64,000 nucleotides of DNA from the NCBI RefSeq assembly GCF_009914755.1, contig NC_060926.1; one strand, 5' to 3'. The notes beneath the pieces are model-generated. The model ran no database searches, had not been told where the DNA came from, and worked only from the letters and a program-made list of their open reading frames with translations. Each line of letters opens with the position of its first letter. Positions within the stretch are counted from its first letter, which is position 1. The DNA comes from the human T2T-CHM13v2.0 reference genome, Homo sapiens. Position numbers and translations under genes: made by a program. Positions 48,700 to 63,290 of the stretch are shown here, piece by piece.

Positions 48700-51600
48700 C
48701 TTTAAATAGTTTTCTTTTAATGAAGTTAAGAGAAAAAGGGTTGCTTTTTATATTTGCCCACATATGCACTATTTCCAGTGTTGTTCTTTGCTTCCTATGT
48801 GTGTTCGGCTGGTATCATTTGCCTTTAGCCTGAAGAAATTTCTTTTTGTAGTACAGGTCTGTTGGATATAAATCTTCTTAGGCTGTGTTATCTCTGCAAA
48901 TGGTTTTTTTCAACCTCAGATTTGAAGGATATATTTATTGGGTATAGAATTTTGGGTTGACAGTCCCCCCCACCCCGACCCCCAACAATATAAAGATGTT
49001 TTATTGTTGTTTGGGTCCATTATTTCTGATGAGAAGCCAGTTGTAATTTGAATAATTATTTCTCTGTCATTAATGTACGCATCTTTCTCAGGCTGCTTGT
49101 ATGATTTTTTTCTGTATCTTTGATTTTTAGCAGTTTGACATTATGTGCCTAGTTGTAATTTGTTTTGTATTTCTGTATTTATGGTTCACTGAGCTTTTTT
49201 GGATCTATAGGTAGATGTTTTTCATCATATTGGAAAATATTCAGCTAGTATTTCTTCAAATATTTTTCTGTTCCATTGTCTCTTTTCTTTTTCTGTCAGC
49301 TAACAATTGCACGTTAGACCACTTAGTATTATTGAAGCTGTCTTCACTGAGGCTGTTTTTAAAAAATTTTTTTAAAATGCTTTCATCTATGTTCTTCAAA
49401 TTGGATAATTTCTATTGATTTGTCTTCCAACTCATTGATCCTCTATGCTGTAGTCTTCAATCTGCTACTAAGACTACTTGCTAAATTTTTCATATTACTT
49501 TTTACTACTAGAATTGGCTTTCTTTTATATATTTCATATCTCTGCTAAGATTTCTCCATATGTTCATTTATATGTCCATATTTTCCTTTAAGCCCTTGAA
49601 CATATTTATAATAACTATGTTAAAATCCCATCTACTCATTTTTACATCTGGGTCATCTCTTGGTCTCTGTATTGGCTGCTTATTTTTCTTTATTATGAGT
49701 CATGTATTTCTACTTTTGTATGACTTGTTCATTTTTTATTGTAAATTGGACATCAAGGATAATTCCTGGTAGGGAATCTGGGGTATGTTGTGTTCTTTGA
49801 AAGGAAATTGAATTTTCTTCTGGAAAGCAGTTAAATTACTGGTGGGTTTTCTTGATCCTGTTGGACTTGGTTTTATTCCCCTTTAGGTTGGCTCTATTTT
49901 AGGTTTTATCCTTATACCTACAGACACGACCTTTACTTTAGGGAGTGGTGTTTTCTCCAAGGGGTGCCCTTTCTGTGGTTTTAACTGAATGCTGAGGTGT
50001 TTGACATCTTTCCACTCTGACTGAACCAGGGCTCCAATGTCTCTCAGCATAGTTATGACATCTGGTGTTTTTGTTCATCTCCCAGGCTTGCAGTAGTTAC
50101 TTTCTGCTAGGGCTGACAGAGTTTCACTCTTCACTTTTGTAACCCAGACTTTTGTCAAGGACTCATGGGAGACCTTCAAGCTAACTTCTAAGTGCCCTGT
50201 TTCCTCCTGTGGAATTGTCTTATTTCCAGTACTCTGCCCTACACATTCTGGTTGCTTCAGTGGCTGCGAGCTTCAATTTGCATCTCCTCAGTTCAGGGAC
50301 ATAGTTCTCTACTTGGGCTTCACTTTCCTTTGCCACAGTCTGGAAAGTGTCCTCAGGCAGAAAACCAGGGCAAACATGATTTCATCTTGACAGTTTCTCT
50401 TCTCTCAACAATTACTATCTTCCATTGCCTATTGTCCAATGTCTGAAAACAGGCCAGTATTCCACCAACTTTCTAGTTGTTTATGGCAGGAGGACAGACA
50501 GACCCAGTTCCAATAACTCTGTCATGATCTGAAGTTGAAGTCACATTCTTTGTGGAATGCATATTAGAGTTGTATGGTTGATTCTGTGTCATTTCACATT
50601 CTTTTTCTGTCAGATCTACACCAAACTCACCCTTTCAGAGACAGTGTTTACAGGCCTCTTCTTTCTTGGCTCTAAGCCAATTCTTTCTCCTTTATTTTCT
50701 CACTTTACCATTTTCAAATTCTTCCTCTTTTCACAGTTTGCCTGATTTTAAGAAATGGGACATTGTAGCACCCAGCATACAACATTCTGTGCATATAAAT
50801 GTGGACTACTTTTGGGAGTGTGAAATTTTTCTCCTATTTAGAGCAGGACTGTAGGCCTTTTAAGTTTCTTTCCTGTTGTCTTTGAGTTTTTCGTCTTCCA
50901 CAGAGAGCTGCCATAGGGTGTTTTAAATCATAGCAGAGGCCCTCTGGGGAAGCTTTGGGGTCTCTTTCCATCCAGTCCTTCTCAGAGGCTCCTTTACAGA
51001 GCCTGGCGTCAGCTTCACCCCTGAACCCATATCTTGGGATGATTGACAGTTTACTCCCCACAGCTGAGTAGGAGCACTAATGCCATGGTAATTATTCATT
51101 ACAGAGGGATGGAGTAGACAGAGGTCTTCAGATTTGTGTGATGAATAGTTTTCTACCTGGTCACAGTCCCAGCATTTTTATTTGTGGCAAATTCATCATG
51201 ACTCACAAAGCTTTATCTTCACTTCCCACCACTCCTTACTTAAAATTTCCTTTGGTTCTTTTTTTTTTTTTCCTTTTAGCATCAAGATAAAAAGGAACAG
51301 ACACTTGTGTATTTCCCAAAGCAGAAAACCGGGAATGAATTACAATGGAAATCACTGTCAGTTTTTAAGATCTTCTTATAAATACAAACTAGTTTAATGT
51401 TTTTGATTGATACTTCATAAATAATGAAGTTATTATGAAGTAAGTTAAAATTAGTTATGTCTGCATGCATATTTTAGCCTCAAAGAGTGTGTCTAATTAG
51501 GTACTTTTGATGTGTGAGACATAATTATGTTTACCTTTAATTTGGCATGAAAATGACATTTCCAGAACCGAGTTTAGTGGTGTATTTTCCAACACACCGA

Positions 51601-52229
51601 TAGAGAAATGCATTTCATCTCCTGGGGCCCTGTTGCTTCTTCCCACCATGCCCCCCCCACCCCAAAAATCATCATTAAAGTTAAATCAATATTTTTTAAA
51701 AAACAAATCTGTTTGTGCCTAAATTATACATCCTAAGACCAGAGCACCAAAATTAACACCATTTTCCTAGTCAGTGAACCTTGAAAATGTGTAATTTGGT
51801 GTCTACATTAATGGTTCACATGACTTGTGTTGCGGGGAGAAATCACATCTGCTCTCTGCAGTGAAGTGATAATTATTTCTAAAGGTCTGTGTACAGAGAG
51901 CCTTATGACCCTTTAGTTGCTGATAGTTTCACTAACATGGCAGTAAGAGTTTCAATAATGTAAGCAGAGGTGGCCTAAGTAGCACTAGAATGAGATAAGG
52001 ACCTGGAGTGCTGACCCGGGTTCCAGGGTACAGGCAGAACTGCCCAAGCTGTAGTTAGCATGCCAAATGAAAGTATTCAGGTTCATAAGTCAGTAGGCAA
52101 CACAGGACCCATGATTTCTTATTATCAGCTGACTTCAGATTCAGATTACCACTCTTTTTTTCTCTCTGTTCTTTGCATATGGATTTTTTTAATGTATTTA
52201 TTTATTCTACCTATGCTTATTGGTTATTG

Positions 52230-52615
52230 TTTACTATTCAGTATGACAGACATGGGGATATAGGCCTGGCAAATAAGTTGTCAAGAAAATAGATCATCCA
52301 ACATAGTGTAAGTATTCTGATAGGACTGTATGAACACTAGGGGATGCAGTTACCCCAGGTTGGGTTGAAGAGGAGCTCATGAAAGGCATCTGAGCCAAGT
52401 CTTGAAAGTTGAGTAGGATTTCATTGGGCAAAGGGGGTGATATGGGTGGTAGAAGGACATTATAACCAGAGGGAGCAGCATGAGAGAGGGTGGCACACTT
52501 GGGAGTCTATGTAGTTTAGTATGCTTGGAGCACAGGGTACAACAGTGGTAGAGGTGGCATGGGAGATTGTGAGAGGTGAGGCGGAGATGTAGGCATGGAC
52601 CAGATCTTGAAAAGA
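52230..52615 (-). mobile_element. L2 relic
   Basis: gcatctgagccaagtcttgaaagttgagtagga...cagagggagcagcatgagaga...gaggtgaggcggagatgtaggcatggaccagatc. Confidence 0.7.
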
Positions 52616-53734
52616 TCTCAGTGGTCATCCCTACCATCTTCTTTCCACTATTCATCTGCTTTCCATCTACTTTTTACAGAGTATGTAAACCTCATCTCTG
52701 TTGTCCGAATTGTCATGAGTTTTCAATTAATGAAGCTTAATTTAATGGTTTTATTATTTTTGGAGGGGGTATAGTTAAAGTCCACCAGGACATTCTGGTC
52801 TTATAAGAACACGCTGGCAGTAAAGTATGATATCTTTGTCAGATGGTTTCTATTTTAATACTTAATATTTTATATTTCAACTGCAGATCAAACTGAAGAA
52901 CTTGTCTCTGGTACTAGGCTATGGGTCAAACCTTATCCCAGAGGGGTCGAGGTGGTGATTGTCCTGGTTCAAGCCAGACCCTCATTTCCTGCTATTGTCT
53001 GGTTCTGAGTTATTCTACAGTCTGCTGCTCTGCTCTGCCCTATTCTGGCCACATCCTTCTATAATTCTCTTCTTTTATTCTTGCATCAGTGCTGACATTT
53101 CAATTGTAGTGAGTCCTCAAGCTCTATGTCTGTAATCACTCAAAGATCAGTCTTAGATTTAAGCCATTATCTTTCTGTCATCCTAGCTAGTTAATTATTA
53201 ACTATATAATCCATGTAAATGATAGAGGTGTAACATTTTTGCTAATACTAACATGGAATCTCTATTTTTTTCAGTCTGCTTTTTTTTTCTGGTTTTGGTT
53301 GGAGGGGCCCTATGAATATCTGTCATTTATAGCTGTGGGGGTGGGAAAGAGAACAGGCTTTTTTTGCCATTTCCTGTGTTTACAGGTGATCAAATATGCC
53401 TGATTCTGTGCCCCTCTACTATGGCAAATGAATTATATTTGTGTCCATGGTGAAATTTTGCTGTTTCACTGTTTCAAACTTAGCTGTTTGTTGAATCCAT
53501 AGTTAATAACATCACTAGTGGTGATCATTTAACTATCTAGAAGACAGGCAGAAGAAGCAAATAGTGTAGATAATTCTGAAATTATGTAATCAAAACCCCT
53601 GGTCTATAGATAATTGATTTTTAATTATCATTGTTAATGTTTCAAATTTTATCACCAGCTTCTTTACTGTGAACCAAAAGGACATCTCTCAAGAAAACTA
53701 CATTTGGCACTTTCCTCTATACAGTTATCTAGAA

Positions 53735-54030
53735 AATTGTTTCCAAATTCTATTTTGAGGTATACTAGTTTGTAGGGATGTTAATTGGCATTAGTAGAAA
53801 AATTGGCTCTTTTGCCACGAGCTTGGAAAATCTTGGGTTAAAACAAAGTCAGGTTTCCTTACTGTAATTCTTTTGGTGTCTTTAATATGCTAAAACACAC
53901 TGTGGGTTTCCAAGCCAAAACCAGAAAAAGAAAAAAAATGTGTAGTGTTTTGCAGATTCATTTGACCATGTAACTCTTTTGGGGGATTATTTGAAGAACT
54001 TATGTTGCGGGTTATATGGCAGTTGCTATT
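53735..54030. mobile_element. MER103C-like hAT-Charlie relic
   Basis: tcttgggttaaaacaaagtcaggtttccttactg...tctttaatatgctaa...atttgaccatgtaactctttt. Confidence 0.7.
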
Positions 54031-54224
54031 GGCACAACTGATGATGAATTGTGAAACTTCGGTTTTTGTAAAATGTAAATGTATTCCTTTCTCATATAGA
54101 GGCAAATTTTGAGGAGTACACGTAGAATAATGAGAGAACTAAGAAAAACTTGATGTCTTAATCTTTGAGTAGAGGCTCAGTGACAAAAAGATGCATAGAT
54201 GGATCTAACCATATTGTGGGTTCT

Positions 54225-54960
54225 CATTTATTCATCTATTAGTCAATCAGCAAGTACTGATGGAGACCTCCATTAGGAGACAGGCACTGTGCTGGGCACT
54301 GGGGTGAACAAGACAGCATTAGAGAGTGAGATAAAGGCATAATGGACTGAACATATCATTAGTTAGTGAAAAGAGCTGGTGGTAAGTGCTGTAAAGTAAG
54401 TGACAGTGGCTGCAGAGAAAATAGCAGTGTGGGGGCTACTATGGCTAAGGCGATTGGAAAAGGCCTCCCTGAGTAGATGATATTTAAGCTGTAGATTTAA
54501 AGGGTAGAAAGATACTGTTCCCTTGAAAATTTGGGAGAAGATCAGAGAGATCAGTAAGTACAAAGACCCTAAAGTGGGAAAGAATGTTTGGTGGGCTATC
54601 AGAGCCTGATGTGTTGGGAACTTTGTAGACAAAGGGACACATAGCATGAAAGGTTGGAAATGTAGATAGAACACGTAAGGCCCTGTAGGCTGAATTACAT
54701 GTTTGGTTTTTACTCAAAGAAAAATGGGAAGGCTTTTTTTTTTTTTTTTTTAGACTTTTAGGGAGAGGGAGGATGTAACCTGATTTACCTGTGAGAACGT
54801 TCACGCTGACTCCTGAAGGGAGAATTGTAGCCAGGATGAGTGGAAGTAGAGAGCCCAGTGGGAGGCTGGTGCAGGCCCAGGTGAGAGATGGCAAAGGCTA
54901 GCTTGCACTACAGTGGTATTTAAAGAGACAGATGGAGGGGATTAGGCATATTTGAGACAT
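54225..54960 (-). mobile_element. L2a relic
   Basis: cagcaagtactgatggagacctcc...caggcactgtgctgggcactgggg...aggcctccctgagtagatgatatttaagctg...gtgcaggcccaggtgagagatgg. Confidence 0.8.
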
Positions 54961-55036
54961 GTGTCTCAGTAAAACAAATGCCTGAGTTAAAAACATTTAT
55001 TATTGCATCACAGGCACATTCTGAGATGCAGTATAA

Positions 55037-55341
<305 letters not shown>

Positions 55342-55926
55342 TGAGTTGCAGTATAATTTTCAACTTGATAAAGGATACACATTTTCTCCTATTTCCTTTT
55401 GGTCCAGACCTTTTAGTTTTGGTCTTCACAGGGACCTATAGACCCCTCTGCCTTCCACAACCCTCTCTCAGTCTCCTGAAAAGAGGAGAATGATGTGATT
55501 ATTTAGTTAGATTTAAGTAGGATGGGGAAAATAAATTAGTTTTGCCTGCTTTTAGTGTTGTAGGCCTCTCGTACCTGCCTCTCACCTAGGCAATAAATAA
55601 ATACATAAGGAAATAAATAACTCTATATGATTCATTCTGGCTTACACTGGGACATGAGACCCCTGGATATATCATTTGTACATACTTCTTCTCAGAGGCC
55701 ATGAAGACACTGTGGCTGTCATAGGGAAGGATTTTTGTTTCTGGCTGAGTATCATTCTATTCCATTATGGCCCATCATTGACATTTATGATATTGCTTAT
55801 AAAAAGAAGCTGAACATGAGATAGTGTGCAAACCTATATTGGCATCACTTTCCTTAGATTTTAAAATAGAGCAGATAATCTTCTAAACCCAATTGATAGT
55901 CAAGTTGGCAGAAATCAAGGGGGTTT

Positions 55927-56150
55927 AGAGCACCATTCCAGCTTTTCCATGTCATGGCACACATAGAAATGAGAGCAGGTTTACAGTGCAGGGCAATGAG
56001 TGGACCAGGCTACCCCCAGCTGGAGAAGACCAGAGTCAGAGCTCATGCCCCCTGGGTACTGGCTGGCAGCTTTGATAGAAGGGGAGTTAACATCTGTGGC
56101 ATGTATTAGGTCCCGTTAGCTGTCTACCAGATGTACTTGTTACAACATTC
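55927..56150. mobile_element. MER102-like hAT relic
   Basis: ccagcttttccatgtcatggcacacatagaaatga...gtggaccaggct...gctggagaagacc resembles MER102. Confidence 0.55.
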
Positions 56151-56221
56151 TAGGCTGGAGGATTCCATGTGGAGAAAAGCCAAAGTTATACCAGAGATAG
56201 GCCTGTAAAATCAGTTTTCCA

Positions 56222-57413
56222 CTGGCTAGCCATATGCAGAAAATTGAAACTGGACGCCTTCCTTACACCATATACAAAAATTAACTCAAGATGGATTAAA
56301 GACTTAAATGTAAAGTCCGAAACTATAAAAACCCTAGAGGAAAATCTAGGCAGTACCATTCAGGACATAGGCAGAGGCAAAGATTTCATAGCAAAAACAT
56401 CAAAAGCAATTGTAACAAAAGCAAAAATTGACAAATGGGATCTAATTAAACTAAAGAGCTTCTGCACAGCGAAAGAAACTATCATCAGAGTGAACAGGCA
56501 ACCTACAGAATGGGAGAAAACGTCTGACAAAGGTCTAATATTCAGATCTACAAGGAACTTAAATTTACAAGAAAAAAACAACTCCATCAAAAAGTGGGCA
56601 CAGGACATGAACAGACACTTCTCAAAAGAAGACATATATGCAACCAACAAACACATGAAAAAAAGCTCAACATCACTGATCATTAGAGAAATTCAAATCA
56701 AAACCACAATGAGATACCATCTCACACCAGTTGGAATGGCAATTATTAAAAAGTCAAAAAACAACAGATGCTGGTGAGGCTGTGGAGAAATAGGAATGCT
56801 TTTATACTGTTGGTGGGAATGTAAATTAGTTCAACCATTGTGGAAGAGAGTGTGGCAATTCCTCAAAGATTTGGAACCAGAAATACCATTTGACCCAGCA
56901 ATCCCATTACTGGGTATACACCCAAAGGAATATAAATCATTCTGCTATAAAGATACATATACACTTATGTTTATTGCAGCACTATTTACAATAGCAAAGA
57001 CATGGAATCAACCCAAATGCCCATCAATGATAGAGTGGGTAAAGAAAATGGAATATTGTGCAACCATAAAATGGAATGAGATCATGTCCATTGCAGGGAC
57101 ATGGATGGACCTGGAAGCCATTATCCTCAGCAAAGTAACGCAGGAACAGAAAATCAAACACCGAATGTTCTCACTTATAAGTGGGAGCTGAACAATGAGA
57201 ACACATGGACACAAGGAGGAGAACAATACACACTGGGGCCTTTTGGGGGGTGGCAGGGGAAGGAGAGCATCAAGATAAGTAGCTATTACACGCTGGGCTT
57301 AATACCTAGGTGGTGGGTTGATAGATGTGGCAAACCACCATGGCACACATTTACCTATGTAACAAACCTGCGCGTCCTGCACATGTATACCATAACTTAA
57401 ATAAAATTTTTAA
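56222..57413 (+). mobile_element. L1PA8-11-like 5'-truncated LINE-1 (ORF2 C-terminus plus 3'UTR)
   Basis: ORFs 56169-56777 and 56796-57191 encode the L1 ORF2p C-terminal region ([30 protein letters not shown]; [13 protein letters not shown]); TSD AAAATCAGTTTTCCA 56207-56221 / AAAATCAGATTTCCA 57414-57428. Confidence 0.96.
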
Positions 57414-60400
57414 AAAATCAGATTTCCAAGTCATGGCATTTTTATTCATTCTGTAGGAATGGTTAAGGCCAGTGTTATGCACTCACTGACCTTGATCTAG
57501 GAATGGCTTCTTGGAATTAGTTTATTTCCTTGTCCATCTCAAGCGTATAACTCTATTCAGAGTTGACAATTTGATTCACATCTTTTATCAGTCATTTCCT
57601 CTATGATTATGTAGGGACTGACTGACAATGACAGATAAAACACTTTGCCTAAACAGCATCAGAACTTAGAGATTTATGTATGAAAAAGTGATAATGTTTC
57701 TGGGTTGCTGGATTGCAGAGGAGAACTGCCAGAAAATATCACATTTAAAACTCTTAAGTCACTATAAGTCTTGGTGCTTTGAAGAGGGCTTTGGGTGCAA
57801 AGTAGTACATGGTAACTACTAAGGCCGGTACCTCTAATAGCTAGCTCCCTGAAATACCCAGGATGGGTTGGTGGTATTAGTAAGTAGTAATAATTATGAC
57901 AGTGATTTTGGCAATTCTGAGGACTAAATACATGATAGCATGAACTAAAGTCATTGAATTGTCTGCATTATCTGGTATAAGAATCAAAACATTGTGTTTA
58001 TGGCATCCAGATTGCTGAAGAAGTTTGTCAGATTTTAGTTGCTATGTATTTCTGTGCTTAGATTTTCACTGAATGGACCAGTTGTTTTGGATTTTTTTTT
58101 AATTTTAATGAATCAGACACCTCCCTAAATGCCCCATCCCCACTTCCCAATAAATCTTGTCTCAGAGCTTCAAAGAAAGAGGTCAATTCAACCAGTGTAT
58201 TTATTGGACCTTCAAGTATTTACTTTTTGCTCACAGTTTTTAAGATCAATGTTTTTGAATTTTATAGCAGGGTTTTTATTCTTTTTTGTAGTGGGACTTA
58301 AATCAAGGTTTCCATTGACTAAGCCATGATCTTCCATGGTGAGTTGACTTCTTCACAAATGGGCAGATTTTGCCTATGGCATAAATATAATTGATTAATA
58401 ATATGCTGATAGCTTTACACTGTTGTGATGTAGCAAATCAGCTTCCGCATGGCTAGTGGAAAGAAGGTTGATCTCTTTGTGAAAGGATGCCACTGGAGTT
58501 CACCACCAGGGCCCTCAGAGAGCTGAGAATAGGTGTGGGGTGTGCGTGGCAAGTGCTTGGCTCCTACAAAAAGAAATGGCCCCTCTGTCTAGGAGTGTGA
58601 GTTTCTGCCACTCACTATCATTCCAGATCATTTCTCTGCAAATTAAGAAGGTGGTATCTGTTTAGTGACTTCTTCTCTTGAGTGTTAGCATCATTATCTA
58701 GTGTCAGGAAACCCCTTAGAGGATAGACTGAAAAGGAAGTGCCTGGAGGAATCTCCCTCCCTCCCCTATCATAACAGCTTCTGGCTTCAGGCAAAGGCCA
58801 GGTGAGAAGGTGAGTTGCAGAGCCACCAGTATCACTGCCCAGGTGCTGCGTGCCTGAGGACTTCTGTGTCAGGATTCTGCAAATCTAGCTGACAGGTTTT
58901 TCTACGACTTTCTAATTAAGTCTGTAAGTGTTGACATCTTTCTTACATATGCGATAAAGAGAAAGGAGGCAGGCAGCCCTGAAAATGAAAAAAGAAGTCA
59001 GTTTTAAAAATGTGGAATCTACAGGCAGCAATTTTCCTTTCCTCTATGTGAAAATGACATCAGGAACTTTAGCACACTGGCAGGATCTCATGGGTATAGC
59101 TTTCATTGCCTCTTTTTATTCTCTTCCTCAATATTTCCCACTTATAGAAGCTTCTAAATATGTGTTTGATGGCCTGGGTACCCTTTTTTGCTATTTTAAC
59201 AGCACCTGTGGTAAAGGTGTATCCCAAAGCGTCACTAATGGTTCAGAAGGGTTTCTTTTTGCCCTACTGTGCCAGGATGTTATGAAATAACTTAAAAACT
59301 ATTTATAACATACCTACTGAAAAGTTTCTGGAATGTGGTAGTTTTCTTCTTTCCCTTTTCCATAAACAGCAAGTGAAATGAGAAGAGGACCTTTTGAAGC
59401 CTATGTAAGCCTGCAGAAGGAGCAGGCAGCTGAACCGTCACCAGGCGCCCTATTATTTTTTACTTACATGGAGGTGATCCCTAACCAGTGTGTTTTTCCT
59501 TTCTAGAGTAGGGAAAGGAATTTTGGCGGCTTTTGATGTTTGATGCACCTTAAGCAGGCATTATTCAGAAAGGCTTTTGTCAGGATTCTGGCCTGTTTTA
59601 CAAAAGAGACATAGGACAGAACACCTGGGTTGTACATCTGGGGCATGAGGGAAGGAACAGTTTACTTTGAAAGGGAATTTTCCATTTTCCTTGGGAAGAA
59701 GTGAACTGCCTATAATAATGGAAAGAAGAAAGAGTTAGCAATTTAAACAATTTACATAGCAAATTAATAGCATAATAATTATCTATTTGCTTATTTAAAA
59801 TAGGCCAGAAATGCCTACTTTTTTCATGGAAGATTATTTCATTCCATGTACTAAAATAGAATAACACCATATAGAAAAGCAGTAAAAATGAAATAAGACT
59901 TTTGAAAACATATTAATATATGAAATATTTATTATACAGGCTCAGTAGTGTTTGCATTTAATCATTTTTATTGTATATCGGGGTTAGTCATTTCATTCTG
60001 AGTTCTGAAAAATGAACATGAGATGTTTTGCAAGCACTGCTTTTTTCTGGAGTGTGCTCTCAGTGGGATTTACTGAGGAAATACTTATTCGTTGAGAGGT
60101 GGGGGCATGTGTCTGTAAGTGCATTACAAATGCTTCCCATAGTGGCACTAAAATGATCAGAGGAAATGAGAGGGAAGCCAAGAGCAAGGTTGCTTCTGTG
60201 AAATGGATTCTTACTGGTATGCTAAGAGGACTGTGGATGAGTTGGGGAAACTTACTCAAAATATCAGGGAGGCAGTACCTCTTTTCTAGCTCTGTGCTTT
60301 GAAGACCACATCTTTCTCTTAGGATCTTTGGATACTAGTCTTTGTACGAGCCTTTTTTTTTTTTTTTAATTGTGTGACCTTTGTGTGAAATAACTATATA

Positions 60401-63184
60401 TTTTTTCTGTTTCCAGAGCATGTTTATATGATTTTCCAAGGATTAGGGCTAAGAGTTGGAACATTTGTGATTTAGCTATTCAGTAGGCAAGAGTTAACTG
60501 ACTGAATGATGCTGTATTTCAAGTGGAATCACAGTGCAGGGCCATGGAAAGCGGCCCCTCATTGGTAGATTTTCTGTGTTAAATTGTGAGTTCTGTTGCA
60601 GGGGAAAGCCTTTTCCTCAGTAAGGTCAGTAAAGTTTAATAACAAAGGGCAGTGGACAAAGTATTTGGTCACTAAATCCAGGTGAGTGTCAGAGCTTGCC
60701 GTGTGAGGTGATGTCGGGGACTTGGATATTGGTGTGGAACTGGGTATAGGACTTCATTCTTTTTCAGGCCATTTGGCCAAAGTGGGTGGCATTTGGCAGA
60801 TGGTTAGCTGGAGCTTGGCACCAACCACTTGGCAGTGTGTAGGGGTGTAACCAGGGTTGTGAAATGGTAGTATCTTCCAACCAGTTCCATGTTTGAGACA
60901 CCATGATCTGCCATCAACAACATATTCGTCTCTGGAAATGGTTACAGCTATGATTCCTGGCAGTGCCATCCCACACAGACTGCAGAAGAGATTTATAAGG
61001 TCATGCCCCAGGCATCAGAACCATCTTGCATAGCCAGTGAACCTCCTGGGGTTGATGTTATGTGGAAAAATGATTCCATTTTAGTGTATGCACTGGCTGA
61101 ATGGCAGTTTGTGCCAAGGAGGTTTTTTCAGGTCATTTGAAGCTGATAGAATAGCACTGGTTGAGAAATGGCAGCAGGAGAGGGAATGCGCGGGACTGAA
61201 ATGATGCCCAATACTCTGAGTTTGATAGAAGGTAATTACAGAAGTGAGGGTTCTGGTGTGTGAATAAATGCTAGACAGACCCCTGCATTGCCTAGGAAGC
61301 AACATGGAATTTCATATTGGAAAGGAATTTAAATGAAGGAGAGCCCTCATTTCAATCAAATTATAGGCTGCGTTTGGAAAAAAAGTGATCTTGATCTGCC
61401 ATTGGTTAAAGAAACATTTTAACACTTTCAATGAGTATTTAGGTCCTAAATTCTGTTTCAGGGCTCAGCTAAATTTGAGTCAAGAAATTCTTAAGAAAAA
61501 ACTTTCTGTTGTATATGGTATCATGCATTTCCTGAGGATTTGATGAATTTAGGGAATCTTTTAAGCTTACTATCCCTTTTCTAGTTTCGATTTTTAAAAA
61601 CTTTTTCTAGGATAACTGGAATCCAGGAGATCACTTAAAATGGTTTGTGATGACATCACTAATCTAGAGATCGGAGAATAGGTGGGAATTAGGAGAGGCA
61701 GTGATAGGAGGTTTGAAATTTGGGCTGTTAACTAAATAGAATGTATTTAACCATGCATACCACTTCTGTTTACTTTTGTGGCCTTTGAAATGCTGTGATT
61801 TTATTAGCTAGCCAAATTTCAAGAGTCTGGAGGGGAGAGGCCTGGGAGGAGGCTGAGACACATAGTGGGCAAGAACAGCTGGAGAGAGGCTAAGGACAGG
61901 ATCAAAGGTACAAGTTTCTTCTTCAACCCTGTCATTCTCATTACCATTTGGGACACACAGGGTAGCAAATCTAGTCACCTTGTAGCAAATGCAGGGTTTA
62001 GGCATACAACAGTGTGGAAGGCCTGAATAAAGCTTTCCCCACCTGTAGTTCTCATGCATTATTTATTTCTGATACCTCCGCTGTTTCTCCTCTTACAGCT
62101 GCACTCAGTCTGGAAGAGTAAAGGCTACACAGGAAATCCTCAGCTCCTGGCCTAGTGCACTTAGAGAATATTGCCTGCCAATTTGGTAACTACGATAACT
62201 GCAGCAATATTCTTGGGTAGCTTGTTTTCAGGACATCTTTAATGAGAGAAGAGGATTTGAGGAGGCTATTAGCCTTGGCTGTACTAAGTTTAGAGTGCTG
62301 TCAGTGATCTACTGCATGGATGCCCCCTGCTGATTTCTTCCTTGATTAGTCTTTTCTAATGTTCTTGCCTGGATGCATCTGTGCTGCAATAAGAGAATTA
62401 AAATTCATAATCTCTGCTTGGGATCCTGAGGCTGCACTCTGTTCTGGAGCCCAGACGTCTTTTGTTTCCTAGCTTTGCCACTGAAAACAGATTTCCTGGC
62501 ACGTTGGCTGATAGTTGGATGAGCAGCATTGAACATGAGAAAGAAAATGCTGGGAATGGAGGATGGTCAGTTACAGTCTGTCTGACTCAGAAAAGGGCAT
62601 TCCAGCTGCTGGAATTACATTAGAAAGGGCTGTCATCAGTGAATACCCATACTGAATCAAGAAAATCAAGAAACCGGGTAAAGTAAGGGATAGGTCATTT
62701 TAAGCAAAAAGACGATTAAATAAAATCCTAAAGTAATATTACCCATGATTCCCTGCCACTGTCCTCAGGAAATCAGCTGGTGCTTACCTTCCCCTCCATT
62801 CATTTCTTTTTACAACTGTATGAAAAAGTCTGACATGGGGCTGAAGAGTGAGTTTTTACCAAGTAAAACTATAAGAAGTGAGCAGCTGTGCAGGTAACAT
62901 GAGCTTTGCCATGTGTAGTAGGCCCTGTTCTAGAAAAAGGAGAAAGAATTGTGGGAGGTGAACAAGAGGCATCTGGGTGACAAAACGGTGTATGCTAGCA
63001 GTGGCCTGAGAGGCAGCCAGCATTCAGAAACAGAGAGTACACATAGATCTAGGCAAACTAGGCCCTTCCAAAGCAACTGAGATTCCCAAACCTAGAGGAG
63101 CTGGCCTGTTAGGTTATCAATGCACCTTAGACACTGGGGGAGTAAGATAGGGACACAGCCCTCCTATGGGGAAGGAATGGATAG

Positions 63185-63290
63185 AGTTGGACTTTAGTAT
63201 CTAGACCATAAGATGATCCTTAAGGGTAAATACCATGTATCATGCAAAGTAGGTCTAAATTAATATTTGTTGAATAAGTAAATGAACATG
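63185..63290 (+). mobile_element. L2 3' end relic
   Basis: ctagaccataagatgatccttaagggtaaa...gtaggtctaaattaatatttgttgaataagtaaatgaa. Confidence 0.55.

Noticed and set aside
56169-57191. 202-aa and 131-aa ORFs with clear protein homology
   Set aside because: They are the broken C-terminus of LINE-1 ORF2p in a 5'-truncated, TSD-flanked L1PA copy, not a host gene.
58500-59452. CTCF-like words (CCACCAGGGCCCTC, TCACCAGGCGCCCT)
   Set aside because: Several mismatches in the core GGGGGCGC half; not supportable without a PWM scan or ChIP data.
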